Shown here in pieces: positions 29,626 to 38,826 of a stretch of 64,000 nucleotides of DNA. Source of the stretch: Bacillota bacterium (GTDB lineage Bacteria > Bacillota > Proteinivoracia > UBA4975); the NCBI GenBank assembly GCA_012523545.1, contig JAAYIH010000049.1, positions 43,841 to 107,840 on the forward strand, given 5' to 3'. Position numbers and translations under genes: made by a program. The notes under the pieces are model-generated. The model searched no databases. It worked only from the letters and a program-made list of their open reading frames with translations, and had not been told where the DNA came from. The first letter of the stretch is position 1, and each line of letters begins with the position of its first letter.

Positions 29626-29888
29626 TGACGGAATTTTTTTTGGGGGTTTGCGTTGCTCTCATCGCCCTGACCTTTGCCTGCATGGCCCGGGCGGCTGTGG
29701 GGCCGACGGCTATGGACCGGCTGATGGCCATAAATATCATCGGCACCAAGACAGTGGCAATTATATGCGTTATCTCTCTGGTCTTTAATGAGGATTTTTT
29801 TCTGGATGTGGCCATCGTCTACGCCCTGATCAGTTTTTTGACGACCATAGCTGTGGCAAAATACCTGCAGACCGGGTCTCTGTTTTAG
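29622..29888 (+). CDS. mnhF: Na+/H+ antiporter subunit F (MrpF)
   Basis: 88 aa with 3 TM helices, MrpF-like. Start overlaps the mnhE stop. Confidence 0.85.
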   Translation: MMTEFFLGVCVALIALTFACMARAAVGPTAMDRLMAINIIGTKTVAIICVISLVFNEDFFLDVAIVYALISFLTTIAVAKYLQTGSLF

Positions 29889-29900
29889 GGGGTGAACCGG

Positions 29901-30227
29901 GTGAAGGATATCGTCGTCGTTATATTGATGGTTGCCGGCACCTTTTTCTTTGCCATGGGGACATTGGGCTTGTGGCGTTTCCCCGATGTGTTTTCCCGGG
30001 CCCACGCCTCCACCAAATGCGATACGTTGGGGTGCGGCCTGATCTTGCTGAGCATGGTTGTGCGGTCGGGATTTTCACTGGCCAGCCTTAAGATGCTGCT
30101 CATTATCGGTTTCATATGGCTGACCAATGCTACCGCCGCTCATGTCATCGGCAACACTGCCCTGAAGCAGGGCTATCCCATGCTCAAGGAAACCCGCACC
30201 TGGATATACCGGGGCAGGGGGGAATGA
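29901..30227 (+). CDS. mnhG: Na+/H+ antiporter subunit G (MrpG)
   Basis: MrpG family. GTG start follows AGGGGGTGA. Confidence 0.85.
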   Translation: MKDIVVVILMVAGTFFFAMGTLGLWRFPDVFSRAHASTKCDTLGCGLILLSMVVRSGFSLASLKMLLIIGFIWLTNATAAHVIGNTALKQGYPMLKETRTWIYRGRGE

Positions 30228-30230
30228 ACA

Positions 30231-30473
30231 GTGTTACAGGCGCTGAATGCTTTGCTGTTGCTGTTTCTGATAGTCTGTGCCGTGGTGGTGGCCCGGACCA
30301 GGGATCTGCTCAGCGCTGCCGTAATCTTTGCCGCCTATTCATTGGTTATGGCCATTATTTGGCAACAATTGAAGGCGCCTGATCTGGCCATTACCGAGGC
30401 TGCCATTGGCGCGGGGGTTACCACTGTCCTGTTGCTGGTGGTAATCAGCAAGACCGGGAGGCATGAAGAATGA
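30231..30473 (+). CDS. small MnhB/MrpA-C-terminal-related membrane protein (MbhD-like)
   Basis: 80 aa with 3 TM helices, in the position of MbhD in Mbh-type modules. Confidence 0.6.
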   Translation: MLQALNALLLLFLIVCAVVVARTRDLLSAAVIFAAYSLVMAIIWQQLKAPDLAITEAAIGAGVTTVLLLVVISKTGRHEE

Positions 30474-30754
30474 GGGTTGCCCTGACCACCGTTGTTCTGG
30501 TCGCCATTGGCGTCATATTGGTGATGATGGTTGCGGAAATGCCCGAATTTGGCGCCGGGAAACCGGCAAGCAATGAAGTATCCGCCCACTACGTGAAAAA
30601 TGCCGTTAAAGAAACGGGCGCCAGCAATTTTATTGCGGCCATTATCCTGGATTACCGCGCGTACGATACATTGGGCGAAGTAATAGTTCTTTTTGCGGGT
30701 ATTGCCGCGGTGTTGGTTGTTCTGGATGTGCACAAAGGCGGGAGAGGGCGATAA
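30470..30754 (+). CDS. small MnhB-related membrane protein (MbhE-like)
   Basis: 94 aa, hydrophobic, translationally coupled to its neighbours. Confidence 0.6.
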   Translation: MRVALTTVVLVAIGVILVMMVAEMPEFGAGKPASNEVSAHYVKNAVKETGASNFIAAIILDYRAYDTLGEVIVLFAGIAAVLVVLDVHKGGRGR

Positions 30755-30755
30755 G

Positions 30756-31193
30756 ATGCAGAGCGTCGTGCTGCAGACGGTGATAAAGCTGTTGTTGCCT
30801 TTTATCCAGGTTTATGGATTGTATATTATATTCCATGGCCACATTTCCCCCGGCGGCGGTTTTGCCGGCGGGGCGGTGATGGCCGCCAGCTTTGTGCTTT
30901 TTGCCATGAGTTATGGCGTCGGTGAAGGCTTTAAGCGCCTGCCGCGGCTGATCGCCCAGTGGCTGGAGTCCCTGGGCGGCCTGATTTACATCGCGCTGGG
31001 GCTGACGGGCATATTGCGCGGCGCTGCGTTCCTGACCAATGTGCCTGAATGGCTGGGACAAGCCGGTCAGTTGTTCAGCGCCGGGCTCATCCCTCTGCTG
31101 ACCACGGCAATCGGCTTAAAGGTGTGCAGTACCATTGTCACCCTGCTCTATCATTTGCTGGAGGAAGGTCATTATGATAGCCAAACTGATTAG
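30756..31193 (+). CDS. mnhB: Na+/H+ antiporter subunit B (MrpB)
   Basis: Conserved HGHISPGGGFAGG motif. ATG follows GGGAGAGGG. Confidence 0.8.
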   Translation: MQSVVLQTVIKLLLPFIQVYGLYIIFHGHISPGGGFAGGAVMAASFVLFAMSYGVGEGFKRLPRLIAQWLESLGGLIYIALGLTGILRGAAFLTNVPEWLGQAGQLFSAGLIPLLTTAIGLKVCSTIVTLLYHLLEEGHYDSQTD

Positions 31194-31536
31194 CAATATG
31201 CACTTTCTCACAGCCATGGTTCTCTTCCTCATCGGTTTCCATACCATGCTCACCCATTCCAATCTCATTAAGAAGGTTATGGGCATGAATATAATGGAAA
31301 CGGGTATATTTTTGTTTTTCATCTCCGTGGGCTATGTCCGGGGCGGCAGTTCGCCCATTGCTGTTCCGGGGGCAGAAGGTTATATAAATCCTCTGCCTTC
31401 GGCGCTGATCCTTACCGGCATAGTGGTCAGTGTCAGTCTTACGGCCTTCGCTCTGGCGCTGATTGTCAAACTGTATAATTATTACGGAACCGTGGATGCC
31501 GATAAGATAATGCAGCTGAGGGGAGGAGAAGAATGA
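31174..31536 (+). CDS. mnhC: Na+/H+ antiporter subunit C (MrpC, NuoK-like)
   Basis: NuoK/MrpC family. ATG is 5 nt after GGAGGAAGG. Confidence 0.85.
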   Translation: MIAKLISNMHFLTAMVLFLIGFHTMLTHSNLIKKVMGMNIMETGIFLFFISVGYVRGGSSPIAVPGAEGYINPLPSALILTGIVVSVSLTAFALALIVKLYNYYGTVDADKIMQLRGGEE

Positions 31537-33008
31537 ATCACCTTCCCGTTTTGCTGGTCGCTTTGTACCTGGCTGCGGCCCTGGGATTGCCCTTGTTGGG
31601 GCGCAACAAAAAATTCCCGGCCGGCTTGTTTGCCGTCGGAGTTGCCGGTTGCGGCCTTATCCTGGCGGCGGCGTCGGCCTGGCATGTGGCCGGGACGGGG
31701 ACATACAGTTATTTCCCCGGCGGCCACCAGGCTCCGCTGGGCATTGAAATCACCATTGATTGGGTGACGGTATTCTTGCACCTCACCATCAATCTGCTGG
31801 CCGTGCTGGTGCTTATTTACAGTACCGCCGACCTCAGCCGCGAGCTTGGAGGCGGCCGGGCCAAGACCTGGTATTATTCCCTCTTTTTCCTGCTCCTGGC
31901 CGCTTTAAACGGTATAGTAATGGCCTTTGACCTCTTCAACATTTTCGTTTTTACCGAAATTGGCACCATTGCTGCCTGCGCCCTGGTGGCCATCAGGCCC
32001 AAACGCCTGTGCGTGGAGGCCGCCTTTAAGTACCTGGTTTTGAGTGCCCTGGGCTCAGGGATGGTGTTGCTGGGAATCGGCTTGCTTTATATGGTGACGG
32101 GTTATTTGAACATAGGCGCCATGGCACAGGCGTTGCCCAAAGCCTTTGCCATGTATCCCTGGAACGTACTCGTCGCCTTGTCCCTCTTTGTAATCGGCCT
32201 GGGCACCAAGGCGGCGCTGTTTCCGTTGCATGTGTGGCTGCCCGACGCCCACTCGTCGGCGCCCACGCCGTCCAGCGCCGCTCTCTCAGGGCTGGTCATC
32301 AAGGTCTACGCCGTGGCCATGGCCAGAATTATTTTCCAGGCTTACGGCGCCGAGCTGTTTTCCCGCATTCCCGTTCCCGATGTAATTCTCGTCTTTTCCA
32401 CGGCGGGGATTTTCGCCGGTTCGGTGCTGGCCATAGGCCAAACGGACATTAAGCGAATGTTGGCTTATTCCAGCGTGGCGCAAATTGGATACATCTTTCT
32501 GGGCTTCGCCCTGGTCACCATGAACGGAATAGTGGGCGGAATCCTGCACATCTTTTGCCACGCTGTGATGAAATCCCTCTTGTTTCTTGCTGCAGGAGCA
32601 ATTATATTTAAGACAGGCATCCGCAAAATCGAAGACCTGGCCGGCATGGGTTACCGCATGCCGCTGACTATGGCGGCGTTCAGCATCGGTGCTCTGTCCA
32701 TGGTGGGGATACCGGGATTCAGCGGATTTATCAGCAAGTATTACCTGGCATTCGGCGCCCTGGCAGCTGACAGGCCAGTGTATGTAGCTGTGATACTGCT
32801 CAGCAGCCTGCTCAATGCCGTGTATTTCTTCCCCATTGTGGTGCGCGCCTTTTTTGGCCATAAGGAGAAGCAAATGACCTGGGACCGGTTGCCCTGGGCG
32901 ATGACGGTTCCCATGGTGGTTTTGGCTGCACTCACTGTTATTTTGGGCATATTGCCCGGCGGCCTGGTGCGCATTGCGGAACTGGCGGCCGGCGCATGGC
33001 TGAATTGA
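31533..33008 (+). CDS. mnhD: antiporter-like subunit MrpD (NuoN/NuoM-like)
   Basis: 491 aa proton-pumping-type subunit with the ALFPLHVWLPDAHSSAPTPSSA motif. Confidence 0.85.
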   Translation: MNHLPVLLVALYLAAALGLPLLGRNKKFPAGLFAVGVAGCGLILAAASAWHVAGTGTYSYFPGGHQAPLGIEITIDWVTVFLHLTINLLAVLVLIYSTADLSRELGGGRAKTWYYSLFFLLLAALNGIVMAFDLFNIFVFTEIGTIAACALVAIRPKRLCVEAAFKYLVLSALGSGMVLLGIGLLYMVTGYLNIGAMAQALPKAFAMYPWNVLVALSLFVIGLGTKAALFPLHVWLPDAHSSAPTPSSAALSGLVIKVYAVAMARIIFQAYGAELFSRIPVPDVILVFSTAGIFAGSVLAIGQTDIKRMLAYSSVAQIGYIFLGFALVTMNGIVGGILHIFCHAVMKSLLFLAAGAIIFKTGIRKIEDLAGMGYRMPLTMAAFSIGALSMVGIPGFSGFISKYYLAFGALAADRPVYVAVILLSSLLNAVYFFPIVVRAFFGHKEKQMTWDRLPWAMTVPMVVLAALTVILGILPGGLVRIAELAAGAWLN

Positions 33009-33025
33009 CTGGAGGCGAATGGATC

Positions 33026-34513
33026 ATGAACAGCGTTTATAATTACCTTCCCCTGTGGGCTACGCTGTTTCCCGTACTGGCTACTGTGCCCCTCTTTTTT
33101 GTTGAGCGGCGTTCCGCCAAAATACGGGACGTGTTTGCCCAGGCAGTAACGGGCATAACTTTGCTGTTAGTGGCGTTGATGTACCCCTATGTCCGCGACC
33201 ACGGGGTCATTGGCGTGTCCTACCCGGGCATACTGCCCCCTTTTGGCATATCTTTCCGGGCTGATATCCTTGGCTTTATGCTGGCCCTGATTGCTGCGGC
33301 GGTCTGGTTTTTGGCCACAGTCTATTCCAAGGTTTATATAGGGCACGAGGGGGGAGGAAACCGGTATTACCCCTTTTTGTTGCTGAGCCTGGGCGGCTGC
33401 CTGGGCGTGTTCCTCACCGGCGATTTCTTCAGCCTTTTTGTCTTTTTTGAGTTGATGTCCCTGGCCTCATACGTGCTGGTTGTCCATGAGGAGAGCGACG
33501 CCGCCATTGCGGCGGGGTACAAGTACCTGATTCTCACACTGATCGGCGGCCTCGCCCTGTTTTTTGGCATCGTCATTGCTTTCGAAGTGGCCGGCAACGT
33601 CGACATCGCGCCAGGGAATTTGTTGTTTGCCGAGCCCAATCGCCTGTCCTTTATTGCTTTTCTGGCCTTTCTGGTGGGCTTTGGGATGAAAATGGGCATA
33701 TTTCCCATGCATGTCTGGCTGCCCGACGCCCACCCCGTGGCCCCGTCGCCGGCCAGCGCCCTGTTGTCGGGCGTAATGCTCAAAACCGGTGCGTACGGAA
33801 TGATCCGGGTGGTATACAACGTATATGGTCCGGAATTGATTGCCGCTGCCGGCTGGGACACCATCCTGCTGGTCCTGGCCGGGATAACGATTTTCCTGGG
33901 CTCTGCGGTGGCTATTGCCCAGACCGACATCAAACGGCGCCTGGCCTATTCCAGCATCGGGCAAATGGGTTATGTGCTCCTGGGTATTGCCCTGCTCACT
34001 GAAAACGGCTTGACGGGCACTACTTTTCATATCTTTTCCCATGCCATGATGAAATCAACTTTGTTCCTGGCGGCGGGGGCAATCATATTCAAGACGGGTA
34101 CGCGGAAAATCAAAGAGATGGCCGGCATCGGCTTCAAAATGCCCGTTACCCTTGGCTGCTTTACTCTGGCTGCCCTGGCCATGATTGGCATACCGCCCCT
34201 CAACGGCTTTATCAGCAAGCTGATTTTGTCCATGGGCGCGCTGGATGCCGGCAAGCCTGCCTTTGTTTTCCTGCTCATCCTGAGCAGCCTGATGAACGGG
34301 ATATACTACCTGCCCATTATCATCAGCGCCTTTTTCGGCGTCAAAAAGGAAGAGCGCAAATGGAGCCGGGCTTTTTCGGAGCTCAAGCCTTCCATGTGGA
34401 TTCCCATTGCGGTTCTGGCGGCATCGTGTCTGGTCTTTGGCCTGTTGCCCATAAATCTGCCTTTGAAATGGGCGCAAATTGCTGCCAAAGCTCTGCTGGG
34501 AGCTGGTAATTGA
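33026..34513 (+). CDS. second antiporter-like subunit (MrpD/NuoM-like paralog)
   Basis: Motif IFPMHVWLPDAHPVAPSPASA. Start ATG at 33026, with 32996 as an alternative. Confidence 0.85.
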   Translation: MNSVYNYLPLWATLFPVLATVPLFFVERRSAKIRDVFAQAVTGITLLLVALMYPYVRDHGVIGVSYPGILPPFGISFRADILGFMLALIAAAVWFLATVYSKVYIGHEGGGNRYYPFLLLSLGGCLGVFLTGDFFSLFVFFELMSLASYVLVVHEESDAAIAAGYKYLILTLIGGLALFFGIVIAFEVAGNVDIAPGNLLFAEPNRLSFIAFLAFLVGFGMKMGIFPMHVWLPDAHPVAPSPASALLSGVMLKTGAYGMIRVVYNVYGPELIAAAGWDTILLVLAGITIFLGSAVAIAQTDIKRRLAYSSIGQMGYVLLGIALLTENGLTGTTFHIFSHAMMKSTLFLAAGAIIFKTGTRKIKEMAGIGFKMPVTLGCFTLAALAMIGIPPLNGFISKLILSMGALDAGKPAFVFLLILSSLMNGIYYLPIIISAFFGVKKEERKWSRAFSELKPSMWIPIAVLAASCLVFGLLPINLPLKWAQIAAKALLGAGN

Positions 34514-36786
34514 TGAGCGCTGAAGCCCTGATTCTGGCCGCCATATTAACCGCCCTGGCCGGGGGGGTAATTACCTTCCTTTTTCCCGTCCACAGCCGCA
34601 GGCTGGCGGGAATAATTAACCTGGCGGTTACAGCTCTCAGTTTTTTGCTGGTGGCCGCAGCCTGGTTTGGCTTCAGACACAGTGTGGAATTTTCCTTGCC
34701 CGGGTTTTTGTACCTGGGTTTATCCTTTCAGCTCAATGCATTAACGGCGTTTTTTGCCCTGCTCTTTGCGGGCGCCTGGGTTGCGGCATCCATTTACAGT
34801 TTGCAGTACATGGAGCACGAGGATAACCAGCGCCGGTTCTATGCATTCTTGCAACTGACTTTGGCCGGCTGCCTTGGGGTGGTCCTGGCGGCAGATTTGC
34901 TGACCCTGTTCCTCTTTTTCGAAATGATGACCTTTTGTTCCTGGGTCCTGGTCCTCCACCAGGAAAACCGGGATGCCATGGAAGCCGGCAACCTCTATCT
35001 CTACTTGGGAGTTATCGGCGGCCTGGTTCTGCTGATGGGGGTGTTTTTGCTCTATCATGCCGCCGGTTCGGTGGCGTTTGCCGCCATTCCCGGCGCTGTG
35101 GCACAAAACCCTCGACTGATGATTGCCATGGGCATCTGCTTTTTGATTGGCTTTGGCATCAAGGCCGGGATGGTCCCGCTGCATATTTGGCTGCCCAAGG
35201 CCCACCCTGTGGCGCCTACGCCTGCCAGCGCCCTCTTGTCAGGCATCATGATTAAGACTGGGGCATACGGCCTGTTGCGGGTCTTTTATTCCATACTCGC
35301 TCCGGCCGCCAATAAAGGCCTTGCGGGAGCGGTGTTCGGCGTCGTGTTTTTGTGGCTGGGCCTGCTCACCATGTTGCTGGGTGCATTCCTGGCCCTGCAG
35401 CAGCGCCAGGCCAAGCGCACTTTGGCATACAGCAGCGTCAGCCAGATAGGCTACATCATCATGGGGCTGGGGGCGGCCCTGCTCCCGGCGGGCAAGGATT
35501 TGTACGGCATATCGGGCATGCTTTTCCACATTCTCAACCACGCCGTGTTCAAAACCACTTTGTTTATGTGCGTCGGGGCAATATATGTGTACACCCATAC
35601 CCTTGAGTACGACCATTTGGGCGGTTTGGGCCGTAAGTACCCCGGGGTGCTGGTTCCCTTTGCCGTTGCCGCACTGGGCATTGCCGGCGCGCCCGGTTTT
35701 AACGGTTACGCCAGCAAGACTTTTCTCCACCATGCCTTGACCGACCTCTATCACTACCAGCCTTCGTGGTGGCTGTGGCTGGCCGAAAAGCTCTTTGTTG
35801 TGGCCAGCGCCCTGACCATATGTTACTTTATCAAGCTGTTTGTCAACCTTTTCCTCGGTGAGAAGGACTGGAGCCATCTTCCCGACCGCATGGCGCCTGC
35901 CTTGCAAATTCCCCTGTGGCTCGGCGCTGCAACTGTCGCCACCATCGGTCTCTTCCCGCACCGGGTTGTACGCGCCCTGATTATTCCCGCAATGGATGTC
36001 CTGGGCTTTGATGCCGGGGCCCTGGACTATGTTGCACATATTAACGTGTGGAACTGGCACGATGTCTGGGGAATGGCGATTACGGCGGCGGTGGCGGGGG
36101 TAATTTTGCTCCTGATTTATAAGTTTAAGATTGACTCCCTGGTTTTTCCGCGCTGGCTCAGCGTGGAAAAAATGGTCTACCGGCCGTTGGCAAGGGGCTT
36201 TATGTGGCTTTGTCTGAGGCCAGGGGTCAATGCGGACAGCATGGTCAACCGGCTTTACCACGGTGCGGGAGACTGGTCCATGGCTCTTTTCCGCCTTGTG
36301 ACCAAGGTGGATGAGACCACCGACAAGGCCTATCGCAGCGCAGGGGACTTGTCCCTGGCCCTTTTTGGCCTGGTAACCAAAGTGGACCAATCTGCCGACA
36401 TGGCCTACCGCACAATGGGCGAGTTCTTCGCCCTGGTCTGCCGTGCCGCCGGTTTTGTGGATAAAGGCACCAACAGCGCTTATGTGCTCCTGGGCAAAGG
36501 AACCAGACAGGCATGTATAAGTCTCGATCGCCTGGACCAGGACCTGGACGCATTATACAAGGGACTGGGGCTGGTATATACCCGTGCTGCCAGCAAACTG
36601 GATCTGGTGGAACGCAAAGCGTCCGGACCACTGCCCAAGAAGCGGCCGGCGCCGGACTGGCTGAAAAATTTGCAAACAGCCCTGGCCAAACCGGCCTGGA
36701 ACATTTCCAACTTGAATGTCGAAGCTATTGTGGTTGCCGGTGCTTTGCTGGTGGTGGCAATAATCCTGATATTTTACAGCCGCTGA
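34510..36786 (+). CDS. NuoL/MrpA-like antiporter subunit with about 250-aa C-terminal extension and terminal TM helix
   Basis: A NuoL-type core (motif VPLHIWLPKAHPVAPTPASA) is followed by two TM helices, then a long hydrophilic stretch with three ~20-aa repeats (..LVTKVD...D.AYR..G...A..) and a terminal TM helix. Confidence 0.85.
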   Translation: MMSAEALILAAILTALAGGVITFLFPVHSRRLAGIINLAVTALSFLLVAAAWFGFRHSVEFSLPGFLYLGLSFQLNALTAFFALLFAGAWVAASIYSLQYMEHEDNQRRFYAFLQLTLAGCLGVVLAADLLTLFLFFEMMTFCSWVLVLHQENRDAMEAGNLYLYLGVIGGLVLLMGVFLLYHAAGSVAFAAIPGAVAQNPRLMIAMGICFLIGFGIKAGMVPLHIWLPKAHPVAPTPASALLSGIMIKTGAYGLLRVFYSILAPAANKGLAGAVFGVVFLWLGLLTMLLGAFLALQQRQAKRTLAYSSVSQIGYIIMGLGAALLPAGKDLYGISGMLFHILNHAVFKTTLFMCVGAIYVYTHTLEYDHLGGLGRKYPGVLVPFAVAALGIAGAPGFNGYASKTFLHHALTDLYHYQPSWWLWLAEKLFVVASALTICYFIKLFVNLFLGEKDWSHLPDRMAPALQIPLWLGAATVATIGLFPHRVVRALIIPAMDVLGFDAGALDYVAHINVWNWHDVWGMAITAAVAGVILLLIYKFKIDSLVFPRWLSVEKMVYRPLARGFMWLCLRPGVNADSMVNRLYHGAGDWSMALFRLVTKVDETTDKAYRSAGDLSLALFGLVTKVDQSADMAYRTMGEFFALVCRAAGFVDKGTNSAYVLLGKGTRQACISLDRLDQDLDALYKGLGLVYTRAASKLDLVERKASGPLPKKRPAPDWLKNLQTALAKPAWNISNLNVEAIVVAGALLVVAIILIFYSR

Positions 36787-36816
36787 CGGATATTTTCGGA
36801 AGACGGAGGAATTGGC

Positions 36817-37887
36817 ATGGACTGTGCGGCAAGAAAATTATACGCGGCTGTTGCAATTTTGGCGCTGCTGCTGAGCCCGGGCTGTCTTGGGTTCCATTCC
36901 CGGCAGCAACAGCCGGCGGAGCTTAAAGAATTCAAAGAAACTGTCATTGCCATGGATACCCTGGTGACAATTGCGCTCTACGTTCCGTCGGAGGAAAAGG
37001 CGCACAAGGTGTTTTCCGAAGTAAGAAACGAATTGCAGCGGCTGGAGGGTATTCTCAGCGCCCACCAGCCCGGCAGCGACGTCATCGCAATTTCGGCAGC
37101 CGCCGGCAAGGAGCCGGTCAAGGTCAGCCCCGAAACCCTCCATGTGGTGCAGACTGCCCTGCAATACGCCCACATAACTCAAGGCGCCTTTGACATTACC
37201 GTGGCTCCAGTGTTGCGGTTGTACAATTTTGACACCAATAACCCTGTCCGGCCCTCAGTCCGGGAGTTGGAGCGCACGCTGCCCCTGGTGGACTGGCGCA
37301 AAGTGCATGTTGATGAGGCTCAAAGGACGGTGTTTCTGTCCGCTGAAGGAATGGAACTCGATTTGGGCGGAGTTGCCAAGGGTTATATCACCGACGCTGC
37401 AGCCGAAATCTTGCTAAAAAACGGCGTTGAATTTGGTTCCGTCAACGCCGGCGGCGACATCCGCCTGCTGGGTCCCAAGCCCGACGGCAACCCCTGGCGC
37501 GTGGGGATAAAAGATCCGGTCAACCCCGGTGCCAATAACTGGTTTGCCATTGTGGAAGTCAGGGGCGGCGCCCTGGTCACATCCGGGGATTACGAGCGAG
37601 CTTTTGTGGAGGACGGTGTACGCTGGCATCACATCATCGATCCAGCCAGCGGCCTGCCTGCCAGTGGGGCCAGCAGCGTCACCGTACTGGCGCCCACAGC
37701 CGAAATTGCGGATATATTATCCACCGCTCTCTTTGTTCTGGGGCCGGAAAAGGGGTTGGAGCTGGTGGAGTCTTTGCCTGAAACAGAGGCTCTCATTTGG
37801 GCCCGGGGCGAAGTTTTCTGGTCCTCCGGCCTGATTCCCCAAGAGGGGCGAGGAGATGTATTTTATTTTACCGTTAAGGACAAATAG
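36817..37887 (+). CDS. apbE: FAD:protein FMN transferase ApbE (lipoprotein)
   Basis: ApbE family. Lipobox LSPGC places it outside the cytoplasm. Confidence 0.9.
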   Translation: MDCAARKLYAAVAILALLLSPGCLGFHSRQQQPAELKEFKETVIAMDTLVTIALYVPSEEKAHKVFSEVRNELQRLEGILSAHQPGSDVIAISAAAGKEPVKVSPETLHVVQTALQYAHITQGAFDITVAPVLRLYNFDTNNPVRPSVRELERTLPLVDWRKVHVDEAQRTVFLSAEGMELDLGGVAKGYITDAAAEILLKNGVEFGSVNAGGDIRLLGPKPDGNPWRVGIKDPVNPGANNWFAIVEVRGGALVTSGDYERAFVEDGVRWHHIIDPASGLPASGASSVTVLAPTAEIADILSTALFVLGPEKGLELVESLPETEALIWARGEVFWSSGLIPQEGRGDVFYFTVKDK

Positions 37888-37895
37888 CCTTACAG

Positions 37896-38279
37896 TTGGG
37901 AGTGCTGCCCGTGCGTCGGGGAGATAAGGTTATCGCGTTAATTTTGACTGCCGTTGTCCTGGCAGGGATATACATGTATTTTTTGCGCCCTCCCGCCACC
38001 GAAGCTTTGATCGTCATCAACGTCGACGGGGAGGATCTGTATACTTTTACCCTGTATCAAAAGGGCAGGGACGAAATTATCGAAGTGGAGGGCGTGCTGG
38101 GTATCACCAAAGTGCACCTGCAGGACGGGCGCGTACGGGTGATAGAGTCGGCCTGCCCGGATAAAATTTGCGTGCATACAGGCTGGACCAATAATCCGGC
38201 CAAACCCATTGCCTGCTTGCCCAACCGGGTGGTGGTGAAGGTGTTTGGCCAGCCTGAGGATGGAGTTGATCTGCAATAG
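37896..38279 (+). CDS. NusG domain II-containing (DUF1312) membrane-anchored protein
   Basis: N-terminal TM helix plus a NusG_II-like beta domain. This family is typically linked to ApbE and Gx transporters. Confidence 0.65.
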   Translation: MGVLPVRRGDKVIALILTAVVLAGIYMYFLRPPATEALIVINVDGEDLYTFTLYQKGRDEIIEVEGVLGITKVHLQDGRVRVIESACPDKICVHTGWTNNPAKPIACLPNRVVVKVFGQPEDGVDLQ

Positions 38280-38317
38280 AAAAGGTAAATTTCAAAGCAT
38301 ATTGGACAGGCAATTCT

Positions 38318-38821
38318 GTGCGTTTGCTGGTAATAACCGCCATGTTCATCACCATGGCCACCATTCTGCATATCATTGAAGGGCTGTTGCCGCCGATTCC
38401 CGTCACTGGCGCCAAACTGGGGCTGGCGAATATTATCACCGTTGCAGCCATTTTTTTGTTGGGGCCCAGGATGGCGCTGGCTGTCGCAGTGGGCAGGACG
38501 CTGCTGGGTTTCCTGTTCAGCGCATCGGCAGTGGGCTTTGCCATGAGCTTCTCCGGCGCCGTTCTCAGTTGGGCAGTGATGTCTTTGCTCTTCCAACTGG
38601 CCCGGCATTCCTTTAGCTTAATCGGCATCAGTTTGGCCGGCGCTGTGGCCCATAATATCGCCCAGCTTACCGTTGCCAGTTTCGTCCTGGAAAATATTTC
38701 TACTTTTACTTTGTTGCCGCTTTTAATGTTTTTTGCCGTTCCCACTGGTATAATGGTAGGAGCGGCGTCGGGGTTTTTGATTCGCGTTTTGGAACGTATT
38801 TCCAAAGGGGAAAAAAGGTGA
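38318..38821 (+). CDS. Gx transporter family membrane protein (heptaprenyl diphosphate synthase component I-like)
   Basis: 167 aa with about 5 TM helices and a glycine-rich motif. It is the usual partner of ApbE and NusG_II. Confidence 0.65.
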   Translation: MRLLVITAMFITMATILHIIEGLLPPIPVTGAKLGLANIITVAAIFLLGPRMALAVAVGRTLLGFLFSASAVGFAMSFSGAVLSWAVMSLLFQLARHSFSLIGISLAGAVAHNIAQLTVASFVLENISTFTLLPLLMFFAVPTGIMVGAASGFLIRVLERISKGEKR

Positions 38822-38826
38822 CGAAA

